Positions 40,616-54,868 of a stretch of 64,000 nucleotides of DNA are shown here, piece after piece; the first letter of the stretch is position 1, and each line of letters opens with the position of its first letter. The stretch is taken from contig OZ024741.1 of NCBI GenBank assembly GCA_964016885.1, positions 94,426,001-94,490,000 on the forward strand, written 5' to 3'. Made by a program: the position numbers and the translations under genes. The notes beneath the pieces were generated by a model, which was not told where the DNA came from, made no database searches, and was given only the letters and a program-made list of their open reading frames with translations. The stretch is from Eledone cirrhosa (Eukaryota).

Positions 40616-40782
40616 TTTTAACCGTTAATCAATCAATGATAAACATTGATTGCCAAATTAACTATGGAGATATAAAAGATACAGAAACGAAAGCTAACCC
40701 AAACCAAACAGTGAGTGTGTTCTGTTATTATTTCTGGCAATATTATAACAATATGACCCTACTTGTATAACAATACAAGTAT

Positions 40783-40835
<53 letters not shown>

Positions 40836-40863
40836 AAGGTTTACATATACATAAATTTATATA

Positions 40864-41206
<343 letters not shown>

Positions 41207-41464
41207 AGATTGGAAGTTCAATATATGATTACAGCTCTACCAAATATAAACAAAATATTTGAGTACATGGAAGCTACGAAAAGATTCAACAACAGAAACT
41301 TCTAGCTGTTTTACAGCTTCTCTTGTTTCGTATTTTCCTTTTCTTTTTCGTTTTCTTATGCATAATTACTTGCTTCACTAGCTTTTTTTATTGCCAACTG
41401 TAAGGAGAGCTCGATACTTCCCTTAGTCTGTCATGGCTTACTAGCTCTATACGGACGTTTAAAT

Positions 41465-41514
<50 letters not shown>

Positions 41515-42534
41515 AAAGGTAAACAGAAATAACAAAGCAAACGATATCAGAAGAAAGAATGAAAAATAAAAGATGAAATAGAAAGATAGAGAGTGCCTTC
41601 ACAATAATGGAATAGTACACTCGATATACTAGGGTTTTTGCTATCAATTGGAAATATTTCAATTATTCAGGGAAGCTATCCACATGAAGAAGTAGTGGTT
41701 AAGTTAGGCTTAGCATACTTAATGCAGGGAGCATTAAAAACCTTATTAAAAATTAGGCGAGGAAAAGATGTTTGTCATTGACTGTTATGAGATTAATCTT
41801 AGTGGAAAATACGAGAATCAACACCAAAAGGTCTGACTGTCACAAACGACATAATTTGAAAGGAGGGTTGGCTTTGTTTCTATTCAAAAGATATAGATAT
41901 GTTTTTAACCTTACAAAGTTTCCTGAACCGTCAATAAAATGTCACAAATAGATAGATGAAAAGAAAAAGGTCGAAGAGTTGAAGACTTCTAAATAGTTAT
42001 GACTTTTGAAATCGGAATATGTAGCTTCTATGATGCCAACATTTCTAGAGAATACACTGGCATATATTAATTAATATTCGAATCTAGAGGATTGGCATTT
42101 CAACACTTCTGGTCTAAAAATATAACATAAAAAATATAAAAAATTACTGAAATAAAAATCACTATATTCACCGAGGAAAATTATTTTTCTAAAGCAAAAC
42201 TCGGAAACAATGACCTAAAAAGAAAACTGCTACATTCATAATCCGCTCTATTACAGTAAAGATATTCTGAAAAACCTGAATATATAGTACCTTAACTATT
42301 CTAATGCTAATGTTGTTATTTAATGCTATTTACTGTTATTCAGCCAGTTAGCGAACTTCTGCTGAGATACGTCTATGGCTATTATTATCTTGTAAATGTA
42401 TGAAATTTGATATAATAGAGTTTTACCCGTCTGCATCTTTTTTTTTCCGCTTTTCCTCATTACTTAAACTGACATTTGCAATGGCGTGTGTTTTAATTTG
42501 AGTCTTGGAAGTCTTGTTATCGATCTATCTATCT

Positions 42535-42911
42535 CAACAACTGATTCTTTTTTTCAAATACCACTTTGGAAGAAGAATCAGGATGGGGAGAGAGGTGCTG
42601 TACCCCAGCAAGTTTTATGAAAGGTGGGTGAAAGTGGCGAGAATGGCCCGAGTGAATGGGCCTTCTCTCTATATCAGCCTGTAGGTTGAGGAAAAGGAGG
42701 AGAGGAAAGGAGTACAAACTCTTCGAACTCCTGGAGATGAGGGTTGCACATTTTTTCGGGGGTATGTGTTACCCATATGAACTGTCTCTTGGGGAAAATC
42801 GACTAATTTTTAAATTGCATTTGTGATAATATTTTACACGTTTTTATTGTATGTAAACTTCTCTCTTTGTATTTGTCCCCTTCTTTTGTGCCCCTGTGGC
42901 TAATAAAGAAA
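42535..42911 (+). mobile_element. Diverged 3' fragment of Tx1-like LINE
   Basis: Homologous to 3340-3704; TCTATCTATCT upstream, ATCTATCTAT downstream. Confidence 0.85.
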
Positions 42912-43002
42912 CATATCTATCTATATTGACCCCTTATTGCATTTATGTCGTTGCATTTGTGCCTTTCCCTCCCTGACTAAAAGTTAATTCATATATTCAC
43001 AT

Positions 43003-43068
<66 letters not shown>

Positions 43069-43520
43069 TTACTTCCTTAATAAATGCGTGTGCGTGAGTG
43101 TACGTGTGTTTATGTGTATATGTGTGTGTAATGAACGAAAAAACAAGACAAGATAGAATAAAAATAAAAATTATTATGATACTTAGGAGAAGTGAAAACG
43201 TTATCCTGGGTATTTCGGACTAAGTTATTTTTCTAGAGAAATGTATAAAACATGTTTGTCTATAAATCTAGTCCATTGCCATTACTTTGGTGGCAAGCAA
43301 TAGTGATTGCAATAAGAGTCGAAAAGAACCGAGTAAGAAAAGGAAATTCAGGTGCTATGTAAACATCAAAATAATCAGGCATTGAAAGAAAAATGAGAAA
43401 AAGTATTTAAATGATAGCAACATAGAAATGGGGATTGATTAATGAAGTCCTAAAGAGAAAATGCAGAAATACAATGTAAGCTAAGAACAGATAATGATAA
43501 AGAATGGTATACTATATTAA

Positions 43521-43692
43521 CAGATCTGTCGAGTCTCCCCGTCTGACTGGGTTATTTCCCACCCACTTTGGGGTGAAAATGGGTATAGCTTTCATTATGT
43601 AAAATCTCCCCATTTTGCCTCATTCCTCCCCGTTTTGGGGCACTTTTTTTCATAGTACTCCCCGTTTGGGTTTTTAGAGGTTGGCAGGTCTG
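43521..43692. mobile_element. hAT-like MITE, second copy of 33312-33502
   Basis: Shared body; TIR CAGATCTGTCGAG / GGTTGGCAGGTCTG. Confidence 0.75.
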
Positions 43693-44487
43693 CGTTAAGA
43701 AACGTTGGGTGCCACTGACTGTGTCCTCATAGCTGATATTTTGTTGTTTCAAATCTAATAACCTGAGGTTCTATTCTTTTAAACAGTATTGCGTCGAAAC
43801 GCAAATTTATGTCTATGTACCTGTTACGAACTGGGTTCAATATAATCGACTTTTTCCTCCCCACAAATTGTTAGCCTTGTGCCTAAAGTAGAAATAATTA
43901 TTTCTTATAGATGTAATACTTTAGCTGTCAGGTTTTACTAATAATAAATTATACGACATGGTTTTGAAATACTTCAATGTTTGAAGCTGTTTTTGCAAAG
44001 GAGATGACACATCTAAACTATACATAAGTACATAGACAATGTAAATGTAACATATATTAGTTTTGATTTTAATTGACATTTGATTGGGTTTCAAAAGCTG
44101 TTCTTTTTTCAGAAAGAGCGTCGTCCGGTAGAGATGCCAAATGAAACTAAAACTGCTTTAGAAAACGCGTTTATTAGTAAGTTGTATGGTGACAACTCCA
44201 ATGAGCACAAAATAGCTAAGGTCGAACACAAAGAAGGTAGTTAAGAAAGACAAACTCTCCAAACCCCCAAAAGACTGTGCTTTTTAGTCAACGAACACCA
44301 ACTGAATAAATAAATCTCCTTAACAATGAAAGAAACTAAGGCTAATTTTTATTAGAGTTAATATATTGTTCTTTTTATAATTGTTTAACCATAACATGTA
44401 AAGATGGTGAATTTCAAACGTTACTTAACTTGCATTTGTTCTATCATCTCAGAAAAACTGGGTCAGTATAGATAGTGTGTAGCTGAT

Positions 44488-44570
<83 letters not shown>

Positions 44571-44729
44571 GAAAGTACAGCATATTCGAAGCTCGAGCCG
44601 CAGTTAAGTCGACGAATGCCTTCAGCAGTGCAGCCAAGCACTCGACAAGGTATAAACCTTAGAGTAATTACATACAGTTTAAAGGGCTTATCTATCTATC
44701 TCTCTCTCTATATATAGAGAGAGAGATAG

Positions 44730-44843
<114 letters not shown>

Positions 44844-44845
44844 AG

Positions 44846-45094
44846 AGAAAAAAAACGAGGAAGTTTCGTTTACATATGAAAAATATTTATTACGTATCGA
44901 CCTGTTATGTGCGTTTCGCAGAGAATTAGCTCAAGGTGACCCATAGGAGTTATGGACCCGACTCCGATATCGATCTGCTCCTCATATTTTTCATATCTAA
45001 ACGAAACTTCCTCGTTTTTTTCTATTATATACACTCTGCCTGTGTATAGAGTGGTTGATTTGGTAGCAACACCAGTATTTCATCGTACTACCTA

Positions 45095-45098
<4 letters not shown>
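44846..45098. mobile_element. Two-arm inverted remnant between (GA)n and (TA)n
   Basis: 44846-44886 inverted versus 44984-45023; right arm has a 75-nt tail. Confidence 0.65.
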
Positions 45099-45156
<58 letters not shown>

Positions 45157-45182
45157 GTGTGTGTATATATATATATATATGG

Positions 45183-45317
<135 letters not shown>

Positions 45318-45783
45318 CACAGACATACACACACACTATCACATACACACATATATATATATATATATATATAGGGGACTCACATATGCACACGCCAGCG
45401 TACCTGTATATACACGCCCACAAATCGCATTAGCACAGGACCACCAGCAGTTATATATATAAGTTAAAACAATGAAATAAAAATTCAAGTCATTAGAAAT
45501 ATACTTCACTGCTTTACGATCGTTTCTAGGTGATAATAATACATCATACGCATATTTCTTTATCGATCTATGTAGGGTTAGTTACAAAATATCAAATAAG
45601 GAATATATTTACCTACATGTATATCATCAGCTGTTGTCAAAAGCAAAATTTTATATCATGACTCTGTTTTCCTTTTGATGTTTTATTACTTTCCGGGATT
45701 TATTTTAACCTACAACATTTTCAACATATGGATTACATTGAGTTCTTCATGCAAACTAGACCCCACAACTAACCGTCGATATT

Positions 45784-45835
<52 letters not shown>

Positions 45836-45996
45836 TTGTAGGATAGAACTGTTTCAATCGTATGAAATCAACAGGACATTCTTGTCCTGTTGAAGTCGTT
45901 TCTTTAATAAATATTCTTATTCTCTACTAACTTATTGTGTACATCCTTTAGCTGTGGTTATTTCTCGACCACCTTCGGCATACCAATCCTTTATTT

Positions 45997-46061
<65 letters not shown>

Positions 46062-46094
46062 CTATATATCTATATATATATATATATATATATA

Positions 46095-46256
46095 TAACGA
46101 AGGAAATGTGGTAAGGAACCAGGTGGACCATAACGCACCAAAGTACTCAATACTTAGGGTAGTAGAGTGGGTAATAGGAACAAGTAAGAACAAGTAATTC
46201 TGTACAGAATTAGCCGTCGAAACGGCTTGAGCTCAGCCGTCGGGGTCTTACTTGTT

Positions 46257-46313
<57 letters not shown>

Positions 46314-46410
46314 CGAAGGAGCTGTGGTATGGAACCAGATGGACCATACCGCACCAAAAATAGCCGTCGAAACGGCTTGAGCTCTGCCGTCGGGATCATA
46401 CATTTTCCTA
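46095..46410. mobile_element. Two adjacent two-arm pLTR remnants (46095-46260, 46311-46410) with hammerhead 3' half
   Basis: GUCGAAAC-GGC-UUGAGCUC(A/U)-GCC-GUC-GGG; inverted tail TAACGAAGGA..; family also at 30288, 54196-54361, 55528-55625, 56095-56189. Confidence 0.75.
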
Positions 46411-46604
46411 TAAATATATTATATTTATAGGAAAATGTATGACATACACCTATACACTTCAACCAATAGAGATAGAGTTACGAGGGAGTAAAAGGAAAAA
46501 AATTAAAACAGTGATAGGCGAAAGCAGGTTAGTCAATAACATTTCCCCAGTTCAGGTCACATATGACATCCGCCACCATTAGAGCTAGCCTACTTGTCAC
46601 ATTG

Positions 46605-46670
<66 letters not shown>

Positions 46671-46790
46671 TATACATACATACACACAAACACACACAAA
46701 TGTACATATATACACACGTATATATGTATATATAAGTGTGTGTATAGATAGAGATAGATAGATTTATACATATATATACATACATATATG

Positions 46791-46825
<35 letters not shown>

Positions 46826-46913
46826 ATATATATATATCCACATATATATATATATCCACACAAAGAGGCACACGCACGTGCACACACACACACACATACA
46901 CACACATACACAA

Positions 46914-47012
<99 letters not shown>

Positions 47013-47058
47013 CAAACACACGCAATAGAAAGAGAGATGGATCGTGGTAGACAAACAG

Positions 47059-47165
<107 letters not shown>

Positions 47166-47390
47166 CAGACATACAGTTATACTGACGTCCTCACCCAAGC
47201 CAGGTCTACCTTCCTGCACTACCTCCGACTACTGACCATGCAAAGCACTGAGCAAACATCGTTAGAGTGTTTATGTAACCTTATTCTCACTCTTAAATTT
47301 TCCTATCTCTCTTTTGTGTATCTGTCTCTCTCTGCCAGCCTATACATTTCTCTTCATCACTCACCTCTCATTGTTTTCCATTCTCTATCA

Positions 47391-47424
<34 letters not shown>

Positions 47425-47458
47425 TCTCCCTCTCCCTCTCTCTTTCTTTCCCTCTCTC

Positions 47459-47537
<79 letters not shown>

Positions 47538-47879
47538 CTCTCAATATATATATATATATATATTAATAAAAGATCGGAGGCCATATTCAATTGATTCAGG
47601 TTTATTTAAAACTCCGTTATACATATTTTACTCAGGCTATCAGTTATGATAGCCTGAGCTCTTCAGACGGCAAAACCTAAAATAAACATTGAAAGTTCCT
47701 ACGAAACCTTTAAATTTGGAAAAATCCAATAATTTCCCTGAAAAAGATTTTCATTTCATGATACAGGGGCTGGCCGAACGCGTAGTGTTGTTTCTTCGAC
47801 ACAATATCACAATATCTTACTAAAGCAAAGGGGGTGAAAACGGAGATCATATAGTTGTAATGACCAACTAGTAATAAAT

Positions 47880-49340
47880 ATAATGATACTGGAAAATTAC
47901 TCCAGAAAGAAAATAAGTCTCAGTACAACCTGAAAAGGCAACCGAAAAGCATTTGATAGTTTACCCCACTCACAGATTCTTCAATCTCTCGAAATTTACA
48001 AACTATCCACGATAATTATAAATTTCTTGAAACAAAGTATGGGTTCATGGAAAGTAACTCTTTTCTTGAATACACAGCAAAGGGACAAGAAACTCAGAAG
48101 AAATCTCCTTACACAGAGGGATATTCCTTGAGATTCATTAACCCCTCTTCTCTTTTCGATAGCTTTAATCTATCTTTCTCGTGAAGTCAGGGAGACTATC
48201 TATGTCTGCAAAATTAAAGAAAGCCTTTTCAGCTATCTCTTCTATATGGGGGATATTAAGCTTTTCGTTAAAGATGATAACAAATTAGAGGGTCTGCTCA
48301 AGACTTTAAAACATTTTAGCGATGACATAGGCTTGGATTTTGGTCTTGATAAATGTACAAAATTGACCTTAAAGAAAGGCAAAGTAACTGCAAGTTCCAA
48401 CAGAGACTTGGACATAAAAAAACAAAAACAAGAGATCTTGAACTTGAAGAGACCTATAAATATCTTGGCATCCCTGATGGTGGGAGAATAAGTCACACCC
48501 AAATGAAAGCAAAGTTAGAACAGAATATTATAGGCGAGTGCGACTTATTTCAAACACAGAGCTCGATTCAAAGAATAGAGTATCTGCGATAAACAGCTTA
48601 GCAGTATCTGTTGGTCAGTAGCTTCAACATAATTAACTAGACAATACAAGATAACAAAAGAATGAATAATAAGATCCGTAATCTTCTCCCTTTTCACATA
48701 GGTATCACCCTAAAGTGGACATTCAGCAATTCTAACTGCCCAGATCTGAGAGAGGCAGTGGTCTAATCCAATTGGAGCTGTTCTACAAGATATAATTGGC
48801 CTGTACCAATACCTTGAAACAACCAATTATTGGATGATACAAGTAGTCAAAGAACACGAAACTATCAAAAAGCCTTACTTCGTGATAAAAGAAAGCACCA
48901 AATATAAACAAAAAATAAATCTGAACAAGCTGTGACACACGATACTTGTCTACCTTCAACAGTAGCAGCAAAAGCCATAAAAAATAAGAGCAAAGGAAGC
49001 AACCTTTCAGGAGATGATGACAAAATGAAAAATATATCTCTACATGGCCAGTACTTGAATCGAATCATACAGGCTGATGTAATCAAAACCCAGACCCATC
49101 AGTGGCTGTGGGGTTCAGGACTGAAAGCCGAAACAGGTTTCATACTGACAGCACGAGACAAATGCCTTGCCATAAAAAAATTATCAGGCAAATATATTGG
49201 CAAAAAATAAAGATTCAAGATGCAGGTTCTGCGAGAGAAATACTGAAACAGTGGATCACCTGTATGAAAGCCATCACTATCCCAGTTATAGCTGGAGCAC
49301 TGGGCCTGATAAACAAGAGAATTGACAAGTTCTTGAATAT
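47880..49340 (+). pseudogene. Degraded R4/Dong-like LINE followed by (CATA)n
   Basis: KAFDSLPHSQILQSL, YMGDIKLF..FSDDIGLDFGLDKC, YKYLGI, LHGQY, QWL..GLKAET. Confidence 0.8.
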
Positions 49341-50729
49341 GCATGTATGCATGCATGCATACATACATACATACATACATACATACATACATACATACAT
49401 ACATACATACATACATACATACATACATACATACATACATACATACATACATACATACATACATACATACATACAGTTAAAGTTGCGTGATATATCAAGA
49501 TACACATATCTATTACCATAGGGAGAAATCATAGGGTACTGTCAAGCTGAATTAGCAGAGTAGTGCATATTGTAAACATTTAACCAAATCTGTAGCATAC
49601 GATCATCACGTCAATCAAAATGCCTCATCCAATTATATTCAATTAAAAAAAATTGTTTACATGACTGCACTTCATAAACATTTGGAATCTTTTATTATGC
49701 TGACCTCATTATATTATTTACTTCCAGAATTTTTTCTGTAATACGCCGATTATAATGTCTTAATCTATAAAAATATGATTTACAGCCGCCCATGATTTTC
49801 CACTTTATGTCTAAATTGTTGATACAGATGTCTTTCGAGTTTCGTATTTAAAGTGCTATGACATTTTTTCTTTGTTGTAAATCGGAAGGAGGACCTATGA
49901 TTAAGGGACCGCTTATGAAACGTTTCCTCTGTTATATCCATTTAGTATTTAGTTATAATTTTACTATTGTTTGAAATCATATTTGCCCTATAGATCAGTG
50001 ATTCATTCTGGCAATTTCCATTAAAGGAGCATTAAATTCTATTACAACAATTACAGGTTGTGTTATTACTCTTGCATTTAAAGAAAATGTTCTAAGTGTT
50101 GGTGTTGCAAATAAAACTTCGCTGTCAAATTACCCTCCTCATTCTATCCAGGATCACCCTCACTCCTTTTTCTCTTATATCACCCTATTAAATGCCACCA
50201 CACCAGTCATATTTCTTCATCGTTGTACCCACACTCTATCCGGGGTCACACTTTTCCTCTCTTAACCCTTCAAATACCACCACAATTTTCATACATCTAT
50301 CATATACTTTCTCATGCCTTCTCCCCATCATACCAGCATTTGAAATCCCAACATACTTATTATATATTCATGATGTCATATTTGTTACCCTCTCTCTCTC
50401 CTTTTTCGCTCTCTATGTCACTCATCTTACTGCTCCATCAACCACCATCCTTCCTTAGTACCTATTCATACCATGTCTGTACGCCTCACTCTCCCTAGGA
50501 TCACTCACTCCAGTCAGGGCTCTTTTAGCATCTGTTCTCACACAATTTCAAATCTTTCCTCTCTTACATCACCCCGTCAAATCCACTACAATTGTCATAC
50601 GCCTATAACATATTTTCACAACTATTTTCTCCCTCACACAACCTTTAAATCCCACCAGAATTGACATATATAATAACATCATACATCTCATCCGCACCAT
50701 TGTCACTCTTGACATCATAAGTAGCATCT

Positions 50730-52235
50730 TCTAATGTACACGAGGTGCATCTGGGAGCGGTTACTACTCTCTCAGAGGCTGAGGTCACAAGAGCAGTTAA
50801 AGAGCTCAAATGTGACAAGGACGCTGGGGCAGATGAAATCCGGTCTGAGATGTTAAAAGCCTTAAATAGAGAAGGAATTCTCTGGCTGGCTCGTGTGTGT
50901 CGGGTGGCCTGGATTTCAGGAAAGGCACCAAAGCAATAGCAATTGGGAGTGATAATCACAATTTTCAAAAAGGGAGACAAGAGACATTGTTCCAATTACA
51001 GGGAGATCTCCTTGTTAAGCCACCCCAGTAATGTCTATGCTAAGTGTCTGGCAAATAGATGCAGAGAGATTGTCGAGTCCAAGCTAGCTAACGAATAGTG
51101 CAATGTTTGCCCCGAACACAGCACAGCCGACCAAATATTCACTCTGTGACAGGTCTCCGATAAATCGTGGGAATGATGCCAAGATATATATTCTTGATTT
51201 TTTCGACCTCGGAGCCTGCTGTGGAAGGTTCTGCAGGAGTATAGGATCAATTGTCAGTTTCTTGCTGCCCTGATATGTCTATCCAAGTATTTGTGTTTGG
51301 ATAAATGATGCTAAATCGAAACAATTCAATGTGGGTGTCGGACTCCGCCTCGGTCGCGAACCTCTCCTGTTCATTATTTTAATGAACATGATTAACATGC
51401 GCAGCGGGGTTGGAAATGGTATCACGATTGGCAGGTATAAAATCAGTCGGCTGGAATTTGCAGACGACATGGTGTTATTTAACTCGACAGAAGGTGATCT
51501 CCGACTTGCACTCGATAGGTTTGATGCCGAGTGCTGCATGGCTGGAATGAAAATCAGTGCTTTGAAAACCGAGACGCTTTTCCTCTCAGGGAAGCCTGTA
51601 CAGTGCACTCTACATGCGAATGGAGTTCCACTGAAGCAGGTATAGAAGTTCAAGTATCTCGAAGCCGAGTTCACAAGTGATGGAAGGCAGGAGGCTGAAT
51701 TAAGTGCAAGAATTGCAGGAACTGGTGCAGTAATGCGCCAGCTTCAGCATTAGGTAATCAGAAGGGAGGTGGGTGTAAATCCAACCTCGTTATCTCGGTA
51801 TTCGTGCCAAACCTTACCTATGGTCATGAATCTTGGTTAATGAACGAAAGAATACGACCATAATGGGGTTCCTCCGAAGGGTCTTTGGAGTAACATTCCC
51901 CGATAGAGTGCGTAGCTCGGTTAATCAGAGAGTCACTCCAGATAGAGCCTCTACTTCTCGGAATTGAGAGATCACAGCTCCGATACTATGAGAATATCTC
52001 AAGAAAGAATCGCTGGACAGATTTTACGGGCAAAACCAACTGGCAGGAAAGCCAGGTGTAGACCCCAAGCAAGATGGTTGGATAACATTCATGAGCTTGG
52101 CTGATCACGCTTGGGGATCCAGCCGGATCAGTTGGAGACGGTTGCTTCTAACAGGACCCGCTAGAAGGAGTGTTTGAGGACTTTGTCCCCACAATACCCT
52201 CGCGAATAATTAGAAGAAGAAGAAGAAGAAGAAGA
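50730..52235 (+). pseudogene. Degraded RTE-clade (Expander/Rex3-like) LINE with (GAA)n tail
   Basis: AGADEIRSEMLK, IFKKGD..CSNYREISLLS, EFADDMVL, FKYL, LTYGHESW; many stops. Confidence 0.85.
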
Positions 52236-52828
52236 CTATAGATGTATAAATTGCCTCTTCTACAACCTTCAACCACCAATTGCCTATTTATACAACCATT
52301 TTTATACCACTAGTCCTGGGCGTTTCTTTGTGTGTTTGAAAAGTATACTTAATGCTAAAAGTATCTCACTATATCTAACAGTTAGAAATCTGTGTCAGGC
52401 CACCTAGAATTGCTATCTACAGTAGAATGAAGTCTCTTAAAATCATTTTCTACTTTTTTCAATTCAGAATTCCACAAGACAAATCCCCTAAGAAATATTG
52501 TAAATACAAAAACAAAATGGGAATTTACTGTTCTAAATTCGCAATAGTTAGGGCAGGCTGGGGTAGCTTGGAGAGATGGTACTCTAGGGAATTGAAACTT
52601 TCTTTAATCTGATAGTAACAACTCAAAAAAATCAAGATCTCAAACGAAACCATCCCACATTAACACTTTTCTATTTATACATTTCCACATTATACTAATA
52701 TAAGTCGTTGGAACATATAACTGACTTAATATTGAATTAGTTACAAAAGCTTTCAATTTTTTGATTAGCTAGATAAGCATATATATGTAACTACACGTAC
52801 TTTCAACTATAAATATATATAATAATGA

Positions 52829-53416
52829 TTTCTACTATAGGCACAAGGCCAGCAAGAGGGAGGGGAAAGTCGATTAAATCGACCCAGTGCATAACTGGTA
52901 CTTTATTTTATCGACCCCGTAAGGATGAAAGGCAAAGCTAACCTCAGCGGGCTTTGAACTCAGAACGTGAAAGGCCATAATTCTATGCCGCAAAGCATAG
53001 TGTCTGACGTTCTACCAATACTGTCAATCCACCGCCCTATGGTTTCTTATTTAGTCACAAGTCGATGGGTTACTGATACTTTATTTTATCAACCCCTTAA
53101 GGATGAAAGGCAAAGCTAACCTCGGTAGTATTTGAACTCAGAACGTAAAGGGCCATAACTCTATACGGTGAACCATGTTGTCCGACGTTCTACCGATACT
53201 GCCAATCCACCGCCCTAATAAATATCTATAATAATTGTTTCTAATTTTGGCACAAGGCCAGCAAATACCCAGTGCATTACTGGTACTTTATTTTATCGAC
53301 CCCGTAAGGATGAAAGGCAAAGTTAACCTCGGCGGGATTTGAAATCAGAATGGCAAGGGCCGTAACTCTATGCGTCAAAGCATGGCGTCCGGCCCTCTAC
53401 CGATACTGCCAATCCA
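52829..53416 (-). mobile_element. Tandem triplet of SINE family 1
   Basis: three adjacent copies. Confidence 0.85.
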
Positions 53417-53979
53417 ATGAATGTGAATTTATATGAGTATGTCTGCATGGCATTCTGTCTTCGGCAAATATATGATTTGAACTTAAGTTTTAAAGTAAAT
53501 AAATCACAAAATCAAATATATCGTTGCAAGTTCGTATCTTTCTCTCGACACAAAAGACATTTACCCTTTCGATACGTCAAGTTGGGCGGTCCTAGAATAG
53601 AAGCTATGGAGTATCCGAAAGTCGTTAGAAAAAAACTGTTATATTCAAAGATGGATACAGGTTTGAATCTCATTTACTGGTGAAATGTTGGGTTGTTTCA
53701 ATCATGTCTCTGCTTATTATTGGTTCATAACCCATCTTTTCCTAGGTCGGGGTCAATGTTTTATAGATAAAAACGTTGTATCAAATTAAATAAACCACAA
53801 CGTAATATGTCAGTGCCAGATCGTTCCATTTGCATATAAAAAAATGCAGTTTTCACTTTTGACACACTAGTAAACATTTGTATACACATACATAAACACA
53901 TAGTTGCATTAGCAGTAAACCGCACGGTATTTCTGTTAGTATGGAATAAACCTGTATAGAAAACATCCGTGATATGGAA

Positions 53980-54195
53980 TATATATCGACAGTCGATCGA
54001 CTTTCATTAAATCGGACCGTGGAAATAATGTTTCCATTGGTCTTCCCAATTGCAAATATTATCTGTCGGTCGCAACTCCAGGCAGAAGGAGCAACGTGAA
54101 ATGAAGTGTCTTGTCCAATGACATAACGCATCACCCGACCTAGAAATCGGACTCACAACCTCACGATTGCTAATCCAATTCTCTAACCACTCAGC
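53980..54195 (-). mobile_element. SINE family 2
   Basis: Homologous to 36990-37223. Confidence 0.75.
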
Positions 54196-54361
54196 CCGTT
54201 TCGACAGCTAGATGCGAACTCTCAGTTCGGATCTAGCTGTCGAAACGGCCGGAGCTCAGCCGTCGGGGTCCTAAATCTTTTCATATTACCCACTCTACTA
54301 CACCAAGTATCGGGTACTCTGGTGAGTAATGGTCTAGCTGGTTTTTACCACATACTATCTG
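54196..54361. mobile_element. Foldback pLTR remnant (family of 46095)
   Basis: CCGTTTCGACAGCTAGAT..ATCTAGCTGTCGAAACGG hairpin plus tail ending in (TA)n. Confidence 0.7.
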
Positions 54362-54383
54362 ATATATATATATATGTATACAC

Positions 54384-54587
54384 ATAATTATTCTATTACC
54401 CAAGGTTTCACGAAGTCAGACGATTCTAACAGAGGCGTCTGAAGTCGTTCATCAAATAAAAATCTTTGCTGAAAAGATAGAAAAGATTTCTATTTGATGA
54501 ACGACTTCAGACGCCTCTGTTAGAATCGTCTGACTGCGTGAAACCTTGGGTAATGGAATAATTATATTGTGTTGTTTATTACATAAT

Positions 54588-54590
<3 letters not shown>
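54384..54590. mobile_element. Foldback pLTR remnant with hammerhead motif in both arms
   Basis: Arms 54384-54467 / 54482-54565; UUCUAU-UUGAUGA-ACG..UCAGACG/CGUCUGA..CGU-GAAAC-CUUGG-GUA-AU(A/G)GAA. Confidence 0.8.
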
Positions 54591-54646
<56 letters not shown>

Positions 54647-54652
<6 letters not shown>

Positions 54653-54791
54653 ATACTTTGGGAGGGTCATGTTGCCAATAAGAAACACATGCACCAGTTG
54701 CTTTCACTTCAATTTATTATAACAAGTATAACAATATCGGTTTCAACACACGTTTTCAGATAAAGAATCTTGCTAAACAAATTCAGAAACG

Positions 54792-54794
<3 letters not shown>
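54647..54794. mobile_element. Two-arm inverted remnant in (TA)n (family of 18863-18995)
   Basis: 54647-54720 is the inverted 5' part of 18863-18995; 54724-54794 is the forward 3' part. Confidence 0.8.

Positions 54795-54868
<74 letters not shown>

Noticed and set aside
41700-42110. Degraded APE endonuclease of a LINE
   Set aside because: Only faint motif resemblance (LSILNAGSI, GGLAL); too decayed to call
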